From Limnochordia bacterium (GTDB lineage: Bacteria; Bacillota; Limnochordia; DTU080): a stretch of 61,652 nucleotides of DNA. A program made the translations under genes and the position numbers. The stretch is taken from the NCBI GenBank assembly GCA_050945315.1, contig JBMNSS010000002.1, forward strand, positions 1 to 61,652. The letters run 5' to 3'. Positions within the stretch are counted from its first letter, which is position 1; each line of letters starts with the position of its first letter. The notes beneath the pieces were generated by a model that made no database searches, was not told the DNA's origin, and saw only the letters and a list, made by a program, of their open reading frames with translations. This document shows, piece after piece, positions 28,203 to 37,745 of the stretch.

Positions 28203-30610
28203 TCGGCAGTTCGCAAGTGCTGTTCGTAGCCGCTTTGGCTTTTGCCACCGGCATCGGCGCCGCATGGCACTGGGATGTCTTGTTGCCGCGACCGTGGTTT
28301 CTGGGACTCGTGACCGGTCTGATCTTGGCCTGGATACTCCCTCCTCGGGGTCGCTGTCGCACCGGAGTGCTGTTTGTCAGCCTTGTGTGCCTCGGCGGTT
28401 TGGCGGCCGCGAGTCAATGGATATGGTGGAGCGAGTGGGTCGATCAGGTGACGGATGTCGGCAGCTTGTCTGAGATGAAGGCCACACCGTTGCAGCTGCG
28501 AAGCGACAGGTGGGTGATCATCCCTGCCGCCGATCAGTGGCCGGGCGGCGCCAAAGGTCGGCCTCCGCTTCTTCAACTCAGGAGCGGAGCGTTGGACCCG
28601 ATGCACAGTCTGCAGTCCGCGGATATTGGGCGCTGCATATGCGTTTCAGGACGACTGGTGGCCCCCAAACGGCCCGGCAATCCCGGTGAGTTCGATGCCG
28701 TGACCTACGCACTGAGCAGAAGTCTTATGGGTGATCTCCGTCTGGATGCCATCATCCCGTGTGCCGCCGATTCTTCAGTGCGTTTTTCGCTCCAGGCGGT
28801 CTTCAGCCGGATGCGGGCTTCATGGCGAGAAAACATCAGCCGGAGCATCCCGGGCGAAGCCGGTTCTCTCGTGGGGGCCATTGTCTTGGGTGATTACTCG
28901 TTACTGTCCGCTGAGGCACGCGAGATGCTGCAACGGGCCGGTTTGGCGCACATCACGTCGGTCTCTGGGCTTCACGTCAGCCTGGTAATCAGCACCGTGA
29001 GTCTGCTGGTCGGTGGGGCAACGGGCGGCTGGGGATGGATGTCTTTGGTGGTCGCAGCCTTGTTCGTCATGCTCAGCGGAGGCAGAGCATCCTCGATTCG
29101 GGCCTTGCTGACCGCCACCGTGGCCTTGCTCGGCCGTCGCCGGGGAGGTCGTGTGGATCCGTGGGCCTCTCTGTCGCTGGCCTGGCTCTGTCTGCTTACG
29201 GTCAATCCGGCTCTTTTGGGCGACTCGGGATTTGTGCTTTCGTTTTCCAGCGTGGCTGGTATCTTGCTCTTGGCCCGTCCGCTCATGATGACCGTGCACA
29301 GTTCAGGCAGCGTGAGTCAGAGATTGGGACGAAGGCTATGGAACGGCTTTGTGCTGAGCGTCAGTGCGCAGTTGGCGACGGCCCCGGCGTCTGCCGCTTT
29401 CTTCAACTCCCTTTCAGTGTTGGCCCCGGTAGTCAACATTGTGGGAGTGCCCCTGGCCACAGTGGTCTTGGTCACCGGACTGGCGGGTTGTCTATTGGAG
29501 GCATGCCGTGGATTCCTGCAGATCCCCGGCTTACCGCTTCTGTGGGTGGCAGGTCGCGCTGCCAACGCGCTCTTGTGGTTGGGGAGCCGTACAGGAGGGA
29601 TAGGCTGGGCCGGCGCAGAGCTTGCCACCCCGGGTTGGGCGGCGACAGCGGCCTGGGTATGTGCCATGATCTGTGTTTCGTGTCTTGTTCGGATGCGGCA
29701 TCTCCCACGTGTCTGTCGCCTACTGGGCTCGCGACAGATCGTCAGATGGGGGTTGCTTGCCGTCTGCCTGCAGCTCCTTGTCGTGATAGGGCACTTATGG
29801 CCTCCGCCGGGGACTATGAGTATAACCTTTTTCGACGTCGGGCAAGGCGATGCGATACTGATTCAGGCACCCCGAGGCCGGGCCGTACTGGTCGACGCCG
29901 GAGGGCGAACCCGCAACTGGGATGCTTCACGGCTGCTTGTGCCTCAGCTGAAAAGACTGGGAGTCAAAGAGATAGACGTGGCGATCAATACGCATCCTCA
30001 TGCCGATCATCTGGGGGGTATGGCCGGAATCTTGGCCGAGCGCCGAGTGCGCTGGATGTGGGAGACCGGGCGGGAGACGGAGACTGTGACCTATGCCATG
30101 TATCGTCAGCGGTTGTCGGAGCGCAAAACACCGGTACGTCAGGCCCGGGCCGGCGACATCTTAAAGGTGGGGAATGTTGAGTTTCAGATACTGTGGCCAC
30201 CCGCGGATATGGGGGTCCACCGCGATGTGAATTTTCATTCGATCGTATTGCGGGTGACGTTTGGACGGGTGGCGGTCATGTTGATGGCCGACGCTCCGGT
30301 GGAAGTGCAACAGGCGTTGCTTGAGAGCATGGCTTCCGTGGAAGCGGTTCTGTGGAAGGTATCGCATCAAGGGGCACACTCCAGCTTCGACGAGACTTTT
30401 GCGGAGGCCGTCAAACCTCAGGTCTCCGTGATATCCGTAGGGTCCAATGCCTATGGACATCCGACACCGGAGGTTGTTGACCGGTTGCAGGGGATGGGGG
30501 TTGTCTGTCGTACAGACTTGGATGGAGCCGTACGGTTCGTGACCGACGGGCGGAGATGGCGAGTCGCCGGGAGACATGGCTCAAGCTGTCAGGCCCGTGG
30601 CAGATTGTAG
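28199..30610 (+). CDS. comEC: DNA internalization competence protein ComEC/Rec2 with C-terminal MBL domain
   Basis: Polytopic competence domain plus FFDVGQGDAILI...HPHADHLGG. The ATG overlaps the comEA stop (ATGA). Confidence 0.9.
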   Translation: MIGSSQVLFVAALAFATGIGAAWHWDVLLPRPWFLGLVTGLILAWILPPRGRCRTGVLFVSLVCLGGLAAASQWIWWSEWVDQVTDVGSLSEMKATPLQLRSDRWVIIPAADQWPGGAKGRPPLLQLRSGALDPMHSLQSADIGRCICVSGRLVAPKRPGNPGEFDAVTYALSRSLMGDLRLDAIIPCAADSSVRFSLQAVFSRMRASWRENISRSIPGEAGSLVGAIVLGDYSLLSAEAREMLQRAGLAHITSVSGLHVSLVISTVSLLVGGATGGWGWMSLVVAALFVMLSGGRASSIRALLTATVALLGRRRGGRVDPWASLSLAWLCLLTVNPALLGDSGFVLSFSSVAGILLLARPLMMTVHSSGSVSQRLGRRLWNGFVLSVSAQLATAPASAAFFNSLSVLAPVVNIVGVPLATVVLVTGLAGCLLEACRGFLQIPGLPLLWVAGRAANALLWLGSRTGGIGWAGAELATPGWAATAAWVCAMICVSCLVRMRHLPRVCRLLGSRQIVRWGLLAVCLQLLVVIGHLWPPPGTMSITFFDVGQGDAILIQAPRGRAVLVDAGGRTRNWDASRLLVPQLKRLGVKEIDVAINTHPHADHLGGMAGILAERRVRWMWETGRETETVTYAMYRQRLSERKTPVRQARAGDILKVGNVEFQILWPPADMGVHRDVNFHSIVLRVTFGRVAVMLMADAPVEVQQALLESMASVEAVLWKVSHQGAHSSFDETFAEAVKPQVSVISVGSNAYGHPTPEVVDRLQGMGVVCRTDLDGAVRFVTDGRRWRVAGRHGSSCQARGRL

Positions 30611-30641
30611 TCTGGCATACTTGGGGGTCAGGTTCTTGCAT

Positions 30642-31655
30642 GTGGGCGAGTTGAAAAGGCAGTTGAGGGACAACAAGGTTTCCTCTGTGTATCTGATAGA
30701 AGGTACCGATGTGGTGGCGCGACAGCAAGCACTTGCGCTTCTTGCGGATCACTTCTGCCCCGGCGAGTTAAGAGATTGGAACATGCAGGAGCTCATCGGG
30801 GCTCAGGCAACGGCCCAGGAAGTAGTGGCCGCAGTGAAGACAGCGCCTTTTTTGGGTGAGGCGCGTTTAGTGGTGCTCCGCGAGTTCCATGAAATGCCAT
30901 CGTCGGAGCAGCAAGACTTAGTGCAGGAACTCAATCCGGAATTGGAAAACGTGCTGGTGATCGTGGCTGACGCACTGGATAAGAGGACAAAAGCGGCACG
31001 GGCCCTCATGAGCCTGGCCGCTCATGTTGAGGTCAAAGAACCCGGTTCTGACAGTATTGTGTCGTGGGTCCAGCAATGCGCCCGTGATCAAGGTGTGACC
31101 ATGAGCTCGGCGGCGGCAAAAAGTCTGGTGGATATCGCCGGCAGTGACACCGGCTTTTTGTACCAAGAGATCGTCAAGTTGGCGACGTTTTTGGGGCCGG
31201 CAGGCAAAGCCGACGAGGAGCAGGTCAAAAGCATTGCCGCCCGTGGCGAGGCAAAGACGGCGCAATTCACGATTTTTCGGCTCACAGAAGCCATTGCTGA
31301 AGGTCAGACAGCATTGGCACTGACTCTTCTCGCCGAACTCCTGGAGGCCGGCGAGCATCCATTGAGGGTGTTGGCCTTGATCGCTCGCCAGTATCGGTTG
31401 CTGTTGCTGGCCAAAGCCCGCGCCGCGGACGGTGTGGCGGCGGCGGCCCGGGAGGCGGGTATGCAGCAGTATCCGATGCAGAGGCTCTTTGGACAAGCGC
31501 GTCGTCTGAGTACCGAACAGATCGAAGCGGGTATGGAGGCCGTATTAGCCACCGACCTGGCGATCAAGTCAGGTGTTGAAGCCGTAGGCGCCCTGCAGAT
31601 GCTCGTAGTTGGTCTGAGTGAAAGAAAAACGCCCGACGTTGGCGACGGGCGATAA
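30642..31655 (+). CDS. holA: DNA polymerase III subunit delta
   Basis: Position after comEC matches Bacillus, and the sequence is delta-like (VYLIEGTD..., LVVLRE). The start is set at GTG 30642. Confidence 0.8.
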   Translation: MGELKRQLRDNKVSSVYLIEGTDVVARQQALALLADHFCPGELRDWNMQELIGAQATAQEVVAAVKTAPFLGEARLVVLREFHEMPSSEQQDLVQELNPELENVLVIVADALDKRTKAARALMSLAAHVEVKEPGSDSIVSWVQQCARDQGVTMSSAAAKSLVDIAGSDTGFLYQEIVKLATFLGPAGKADEEQVKSIAARGEAKTAQFTIFRLTEAIAEGQTALALTLLAELLEAGEHPLRVLALIARQYRLLLLAKARAADGVAAAAREAGMQQYPMQRLFGQARRLSTEQIEAGMEAVLATDLAIKSGVEAVGALQMLVVGLSERKTPDVGDGR

Positions 31656-31674
31656 GGCATAATGGTTTGTGAGA

Positions 31675-31917
31675 CTAAGCACTCCGGTGCAGACGTTTGG
31701 CCATGCGTGACTTCGTGCGAGCGGCCTTGTTGGGATGTATGATACCGCTTTTTGCGGCTCGATCCAACGCCCTGGCTGCCTGGCGATAAGCTGCTTCTTT
31801 TCGCGGACCGTCTTCCGCCATATCGAAGTTCTTTACGTATGTGCGGATCGCTGACTTGACCGCCTTGTTGCGAGCCGTGCGTCTGACAGCCTGGCGGGCA
31901 CGCTTTTTGGAAGACAT
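31675..31917 (-). CDS. rpsT: 30S ribosomal protein S20
   Basis: MSSKKRARQAVRRTARNKAVKSAIRTYVKNF... The track ORF is extended upstream to 32004. Confidence 0.9.
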   Translation of the reverse strand: MSSKKRARQAVRRTARNKAVKSAIRTYVKNFDMAEDGPRKEAAYRQAARALDRAAKSGIIHPNKAARTKSRMAKRLHRSA

Positions 31918-31975
31918 GATGATAGGAATGTGTGGCACTCTTTCACCTCCGCTCACAGCAGAAAAACTGCTCTTA

Positions 31976-32004
31976 AGTATAGCATGAGTATTTGGTAAAT
32001 GCAA
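31976..32004 (-). promoter_or_regulatory. sigmaA-like promoter of rpsT
   Basis: On the minus strand, TTGCAT (complement of 31999-32004), a 17-nt spacer, then TATACT (complement of 31976-31981). Confidence 0.5.
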
Positions 32005-32146
32005 TTAGTCGGTTCCGGCGCGATTGACACGCGATGAGGGTGTCGGGCCGTTGTAGGCGGGTTTTCCGCCGATGACATTGTAAGAAGCTTATTCCATGGA
32101 CCGGTCGCCGGTTGGGGCGAATCCCCGGATGGCCCCTTTGTACGGG

Positions 32147-32180
32147 CAACAAAGAGCCTCGCCCGCGAAAGGAGCGAGGC
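32147..32180 (-). terminator. intrinsic terminator downstream of the gene at 32299
   Basis: GCCTCGC (32156-32162) pairs with GCGAGGC (32174-32180). On the minus strand it is followed by TCTTTGTTG. Confidence 0.5.
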
Positions 32181-32298
32181 CGGCTCATCGCGTGCCTTCA
32201 GCTAAGAAAAAGCGTGACCGCATTTAAGTCCATATGAATAGTGGCGCTTACCGTCGACCCCTTGCGGATCATGGATATATGCATGCGGGGCCACAATC

Positions 32299-33870
32299 TC
32301 AGGCTGGTCTGATCATGATCGGCTGCGAGAAGATCATATCAAGTGCCGGAACGGGAGTCCCCTCATCCGGTCCGAATCTTTTGTCGCAAAGGGCCTCGGT
32401 CTCAAAGGTCCTGTGATTATGCAGCAACATGATCTCGTCGGGATTCAGCTTAGCCACAAGCTCGGGGGTCAGTTCCTGCCCGTCATCTAAGCGGTCGGGG
32501 TAGGCAATCGCTTCGATTCTGACAAACTTGCAGCCTATGTTCCCGTCCCGATCTTTGGGGAATGGAAAAAATGCCTCATTCCCGTCGGTGATTTGCGCCA
32601 GGCCTTCGTCAGTGGTAAAGCGAATCTGGGTATTGTGATTCTTGCCGTTTTCGTCGCCTGCCACACCGGCATCCACACCGAGCGGATTGCCTTGATCATC
32701 TTTTCGCACTGAAATATTTGTGAAGCGGAATTCGCTGTAGTCGTAGGGTTGAGCGATATTCCCCTCACCATCCACCGCTATGCTCCCCAGCAGCCCGAAA
32801 AACTGTCCCTTGCGATAGGCTCTCAAAGCCTCGTGTTCCTTGTTTGCCGTCTCATCACTGGGCAATAGGAGCACGTTTCTGCCACTGCCGTAGCGCCTGT
32901 GATCCTTAACGAAGAAGCCGAGACACCTTCTGCCCGAGCTCAGGATCTCATCCCATAGTATGTACGCGTGTAGATTGGAGCGGGAGTAACCGAATCGGCG
33001 CCGATAGTTCCAGACTTCGATCCCCAACACTCGCTCATCGTGATCCAGAATGGGGAAATAGTAATCGGCGGCGCCTTCGGGATGGTTGATCGTAATCCCG
33101 CCTCCGTCGGGAAAGACAAGCCCCTCGATTCTGTTTCCCTCTGCATCTGTTCCGACACCGTCCAACGCCTCGGCAAAGACTTGAGCGTACGGTCTGTTTG
33201 TGCCCTGCATCAGTCTGATACGCGTGATCTCCGTTGTGTTCTCATCAAATTCCATCCTGACGGTTAAGCTGTCCGAATCGGTCCGAATATAAAGGCTCCC
33301 GGACGATGTGATCTCGCGTTCGTGAATCCTCCCGGAACCGATAACCGCCAAGGAGCGCCGATCGCACTCGCTTCCGTCTTCTATCGTCAAGAAGGCGGAA
33401 ACCTGATCAGCACCGAGATCGCCCTTTGGCCCCAGGTTTACGTCCAGCCTGTACACACCCAGCCACGGTCTTTCCGGGTCAAAACGACGCAGACCCTGAA
33501 AGGTGGCTTGTATAGGCGAACGGGCCAACTTCGATGTTTCAACGGCTTTGCCGTATCCCGAAGTGTAGTAGCTTCCGAGGGCGCATATGTGCATACCGGC
33601 ATCCGTAAAGCTGTGGTGCTCCGCATTCGGACATCCGATGGCCTCGGGATGGGACTTCGCAAACTCCTTCGGTAAGGGATATACCGGTTTTGAGGGGTAG
33701 TAGTTTGAGACAGCCAGATGTCTGAAGCCCATCTTGAAAAAGTCTATCAGTGATTCATGGTCAGTAAACGGGGTCCAAGAGCCACTGTGCTGGTGTGACA
33801 TCGAATGAACGTAGCTGCAGTTTTTCCAGTCAACATCCTGATAAGGATTCTCGATTGTCTGTCTGCTCAT
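32299..33870 (-). CDS. hypothetical PHP/CehA-like metallohydrolase with inserted beta-sandwich region
   Basis: ATG 33870 follows GGAGA. His clusters (HSMSHQHS, NAEHH, INHP, KDHRRYG) suggest a PHP-type metal site. The family assignment is tentative. Confidence 0.45.
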   Translation of the reverse strand: MSRQTIENPYQDVDWKNCSYVHSMSHQHSGSWTPFTDHESLIDFFKMGFRHLAVSNYYPSKPVYPLPKEFAKSHPEAIGCPNAEHHSFTDAGMHICALGSYYTSGYGKAVETSKLARSPIQATFQGLRRFDPERPWLGVYRLDVNLGPKGDLGADQVSAFLTIEDGSECDRRSLAVIGSGRIHEREITSSGSLYIRTDSDSLTVRMEFDENTTEITRIRLMQGTNRPYAQVFAEALDGVGTDAEGNRIEGLVFPDGGGITINHPEGAADYYFPILDHDERVLGIEVWNYRRRFGYSRSNLHAYILWDEILSSGRRCLGFFVKDHRRYGSGRNVLLLPSDETANKEHEALRAYRKGQFFGLLGSIAVDGEGNIAQPYDYSEFRFTNISVRKDDQGNPLGVDAGVAGDENGKNHNTQIRFTTDEGLAQITDGNEAFFPFPKDRDGNIGCKFVRIEAIAYPDRLDDGQELTPELVAKLNPDEIMLLHNHRTFETEALCDKRFGPDEGTPVPALDMIFSQPIMIRPA

Positions 33871-34061
33871 CGGCCCATCTCCTATGAGAGGAAATACACA
33901 GCTCATCAATACATTGCTCACAAATGGAGTTTCTCCTGTCTATGATCAGCCTCTTTAGTGAAGGAGACGTTCTTGCCGTTTCGAAAACCTGATTTGCGGT
34001 GTCATATCCGTTGATATGAATGGGGTAGCTATCTGAAAGCGGAAAGAAGGCGGTCTGTTCC

Positions 34062-34874
34062 ATGAGAATCGTCAACCACGATATCCACGTCCATACCTTT
34101 CTTTCTTCCTGTTCCAGCGATCCGGAGGCCACACCTGAAAACTACATCCGCCGGGCGGCTGAATTGGGCCTAAAAACGATTGGCTTTGCGGATCATCTTT
34201 GGGACAGCAGCGTCCCGGGAGCCTCGAAGTGGTATGCTCCGCAGGATTTGGATCACATCTTACAGAGCAAAAAGATGCTTCCGGAGGACACACATGGTGT
34301 TCGGGTGCTGATCGGTTGCGAATCGGAGTATTGCGGCAACGGCAAGGTTGGTGTATCGCGCGAGGGGGCCGGGCAACTGGACTTCGTGTTGCTGCCCATG
34401 TCCCATTTTCATATGGTCGGTTTTGTCCGGCCGGAGACCGTCACTGAGCCCCGGGATGTCGCCGGGTTGCTGGTACAGCGATTCATGGAAGTCATCGATT
34501 CGGGTGTCGCCACAGGCATTGCACACCCGTTCCTGCCCCTGGGGTTTTTCGATCAGGCGGATGAGATCATCTCTCAGGTCTCGGATGTGCAGTTCGAAGA
34601 CTGTTTTGGCCGGGCTGCCGAAGCAGGTGTGAGCATCGAGATCCAACCGGGTTTTTTCCCGCAGGCCTTAGGGGTGGAAAAACCTGGTCTGCATGATGAG
34701 ACCTATATGCGGATGTTCTCCGTGGCCAAAAAGGTCGGCTGTTACTTCCATTTTGGCAGCGATGCTCACTCCTTGAGCAGATTGGAGACCGTGCTGGCCC
34801 TTGAACAACGGGTGCGGGAGCTGGGGATCGGCGAGGACGACATTCTGCCTTGGCTGCGCACAACTTCATCCTGA
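34062..34874 (+). CDS. PHP domain (histidinol-phosphatase-like) metallohydrolase
   Basis: N-terminal DIHVHTFLSSCS motif, then GFADHLW, and later His/Asp motifs (SHFH, GIAHPF, GSDAH). Confidence 0.8.
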   Translation: MRIVNHDIHVHTFLSSCSSDPEATPENYIRRAAELGLKTIGFADHLWDSSVPGASKWYAPQDLDHILQSKKMLPEDTHGVRVLIGCESEYCGNGKVGVSREGAGQLDFVLLPMSHFHMVGFVRPETVTEPRDVAGLLVQRFMEVIDSGVATGIAHPFLPLGFFDQADEIISQVSDVQFEDCFGRAAEAGVSIEIQPGFFPQALGVEKPGLHDETYMRMFSVAKKVGCYFHFGSDAHSLSRLETVLALEQRVRELGIGEDDILPWLRTTSS

Positions 34875-34941
34875 GCCTTTGGCACGGAATATTTCCCCTC
34901 CCTCAGGCAAAGATTAACTGTAACGCTGGGAGGGGAAAAGC

Positions 34942-35163
34942 GTGTTCGTGCATCGTGATTACGTTGTGGCCGGTAGCAAAGAAGTCAATGGGTTGCACTT
35001 TCTGCCGATCGTCGAGATCTGCTCCGGCATGACGTCACGATCGTGCGTGGGCACCGTTCGGCCGGTCGGGTTTGCGGTTTTGAGTGATAAAGCCGGTTAC
35101 TGGCTTGTCGACCCTCTGTTGCTACAAGATTTGGCACAGGCCGTCCAATCCCGGATGTTTTAG
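34942..35163 (+). CDS. small hypothetical protein upstream of gpr
   Basis: GTG lies 5 nt after GGGAGGGGA. The product is 73 aa, and I recognised no family. Confidence 0.4.
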   Translation: MFVHRDYVVAGSKEVNGLHFLPIVEICSGMTSRSCVGTVRPVGFAVLSDKAGYWLVDPLLLQDLAQAVQSRMF

Positions 35164-35178
35164 AAGACGGTCGCGGAG

Positions 35179-36321
35179 GTGCAACGCTTGAGGAATCAGA
35201 TGAGAGAAACCATCGGTGCGCAGTTTTTTGAACGTTACGGAGTTCGTACGGACTTGGCTCTTGAAGCCCATCAAGTGATCGTTGATCATGAGGGTCCGCC
35301 GGAAATACCCGGGGTGCGTGTGGAAAACGAAGAGACCGAGCATGCCCAGATCAGTCGGGTGAGCATTACCTCAGATGAAGGCGCCCGGCTGATGGGGAAA
35401 ATAAAGGGCCATTACATCACTGTGGAGTCTGAGGCGTTTCGGCAGCACAATAAGGAGGCGCAAGAAGAGGTAGCCCAGACAGTGGCTAAAGAGATCTCCC
35501 GCTTTCTTGAGCACATCGGTCTGGCCGAAGATGCCTGTGTTCTCGTTATAGGGCTGGGTAACTGGAATGCCACTCCTGATTCGGTGGGACCGAAAGTGGT
35601 AGGGCAGCTCATGATCACTCGGCATCTGTACGAGATGTCCCCGCCGGAGCTCAGAGGCGGGCTGCGTCCGCTGGCTGCCATGGCCCCGGGTGTATTAGGC
35701 TTGACCGGGATTGAGACCGCCGAGATCGTATTGGGCGTGGCTGACAGAATCAAGCCCGGGTTGGTCATCTGCGTCGATGCGCTGGCGTCGCGTTCGTCCC
35801 AGCGCGTGTGTAGCACGATTCAATTGGCTGATTCGGGTATTCACCCCGGCTCAGGCGTCGGCAATAAGCGCATGGCCATTTCCCACGAGACCTTGGGCGT
35901 TCCGGTCTTGACGATCGGTGTTCCAACGGTGGTTCACGCCGTGACAATTGTCGGAGACGCCATGGAGCTATTGGCTCAGGAGATGGGCTTTCGGCCTCCG
36001 GTCGGTTTGGATGAGCGGCCGGCTCCGCTTTCCGGCCGACTTGACCCCAGCCTCATCAGAGTGAGGGAGACAGATCCTCAGGCGGCCGAACGGAACGCTC
36101 CGCGCCATGATGCCTTTGGTCTGCCCGTGGATCCGCGGCAAAAACGCTACATGATGGCGCAGCTGCTTCAGCCGTACATGGGGAGCATGATTGTGACCCC
36201 GAAAGACATCGATGCCTATATCGACGGCATTTCATCGACGGTGGCAGGGGCACTGAATGCGGCACTCCATCCGGCTATCGATTTGACAGAGATTGCCAAC
36301 TACCTGAGTCGCACGACGTAG
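35179..36321 (+). CDS. gpr: GPR spore germination protease
   Basis: VRTDLALEAH near the N-terminus and VIGLGNWNATPDSVGP. Its position after rpsT matches Bacillus. The start could be ATG 35200. Confidence 0.85.
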   Translation: MQRLRNQMRETIGAQFFERYGVRTDLALEAHQVIVDHEGPPEIPGVRVENEETEHAQISRVSITSDEGARLMGKIKGHYITVESEAFRQHNKEAQEEVAQTVAKEISRFLEHIGLAEDACVLVIGLGNWNATPDSVGPKVVGQLMITRHLYEMSPPELRGGLRPLAAMAPGVLGLTGIETAEIVLGVADRIKPGLVICVDALASRSSQRVCSTIQLADSGIHPGSGVGNKRMAISHETLGVPVLTIGVPTVVHAVTIVGDAMELLAQEMGFRPPVGLDERPAPLSGRLDPSLIRVRETDPQAAERNAPRHDAFGLPVDPRQKRYMMAQLLQPYMGSMIVTPKDIDAYIDGISSTVAGALNAALHPAIDLTEIANYLSRTT

Positions 36322-36331
36322 TATCGACAGG

Positions 36332-37723
36332 TCACTGCCTTAGCCAAGCGGCTACCGGGATGCTGCGAATCTCCCGGGCAAAATGAGAGACTGACATTTC
36401 GCCTTTCAGGACGGCAACCAGTTTGGGGACCACAGTCTCGGCCATGATACGGGCTTCGAGACTGGCCAGGCGGTCATCAATCGGCGGGGGGACAGCATTT
36501 TTACACCATTGCAGCAGTAGGCGCATATCTGCTTCGGGAAGGAGTGATTCCGCAAACCAACGCTCCAGCGATGATTGATGCGCGGGTACGGAGAAGGTAC
36601 GGATGGCGACCCATGTGCCCATCTCGCGGCTCAAGTATGCGGCGACAAGAGCGGCGGCCCGAGTGTGATCGTCTCCTTTGTATTTGGCTTGGCGAAAGAC
36701 GGCGTAACCGTAGATGTCGGCTGCAACCCAGGGGGTTTCACCGATCTGGGGAGGCGCTGTCCAATAGAGACTGCGCTCAACGGATTTCAGAGGCTTTGCG
36801 GTGCTGTCCGCAGCATGGCCGTCCGGAGAATCCATCATGCCTACGCGCCGCAGGATGTGGTGGAGGAGCCAAGGGTTCGTAGGAGCGATGGCTAAGGCTT
36901 TGCCGTCCCAAAAGCGCGCCAAGCGTGAGCGTGCCGCTTTCTCCACATCCGCCGGTATGAGACCTTTTTCCACCCACGTGAGTACTTGATCGGCCACCTT
37001 TTCAATGTCCGCTTCCGTCCATTGAACGGTCCCGTCGTTACCGAGAAGAGAATGACCGGTTGCTGAAATCATGAGATGGCGAAAAAAATCCGGATCAAGC
37101 ACGTTGGCCGCCAGACCGCTTCCGCCGCTTTTTGTACGATTCTCGGCCAAGGCCTCACTCCACTGGTCCCATGTTCGAAAGGCAGGGGGGTCAGCGAGAG
37201 GATCCTCGGCGCGGATGATCCATCGTGCGGGGTGTATGCGGCTTGGAAAGGCCCACAGGTGCTGAAGTGTGGCCGCCTGAGCAGCGGCGGGCAAAAGATC
37301 GGCCCTCTCATCAGCACGCAAGTAATGCTGTAGAGGGACCTGGAACCGGCGCGACAGCAGTCGTACGCCGTTGGGCATGTTGACGACATCAGGAGCCTCA
37401 CCTTGCTCCAGCGCATCACGGAGAGGGCCGTCGTCTTCATGCCAAGGACGCTGTATTACGTGGACAACAATATTGGGATACTCCTGATGAAAAGCCTCGA
37501 CTCGCTCTTTCAGAGCTTCCTCGTAGGAGACCTTACTCCATGGCAGTAACAAATCATAGTCCCAAACCGTTATGTGGTAGTCTTTGTTGTCGCTGATGGC
37601 GGCCTTCGGGTTAATGCGCACGTTTCCCACCTTCAGCCTGGGGATCCAGGGTTTCCACAGCAGTGACAGCAGCATCAGGCCGGCTACGGCAACAAGCGGA
37701 GCTGATATGCGTTTGCGCCCCAT
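36332..37723 (-). CDS. membrane-anchored solute-binding-protein-like protein (SBP family 1 fold)
   Basis: N-terminal TM helix, then ITVWDY...YPNIVVHV...APDVVNM, typical of sugar SBPs. There are no transporter genes nearby. Confidence 0.55.
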   Translation of the reverse strand: MGRKRISAPLVAVAGLMLLSLLWKPWIPRLKVGNVRINPKAAISDNKDYHITVWDYDLLLPWSKVSYEEALKERVEAFHQEYPNIVVHVIQRPWHEDDGPLRDALEQGEAPDVVNMPNGVRLLSRRFQVPLQHYLRADERADLLPAAAQAATLQHLWAFPSRIHPARWIIRAEDPLADPPAFRTWDQWSEALAENRTKSGGSGLAANVLDPDFFRHLMISATGHSLLGNDGTVQWTEADIEKVADQVLTWVEKGLIPADVEKAARSRLARFWDGKALAIAPTNPWLLHHILRRVGMMDSPDGHAADSTAKPLKSVERSLYWTAPPQIGETPWVAADIYGYAVFRQAKYKGDDHTRAAALVAAYLSREMGTWVAIRTFSVPAHQSSLERWFAESLLPEADMRLLLQWCKNAVPPPIDDRLASLEARIMAETVVPKLVAVLKGEMSVSHFAREIRSIPVAAWLRQ

Positions 37724-37745
37724 GCGTATTCTCCCCCGCGCGGAT

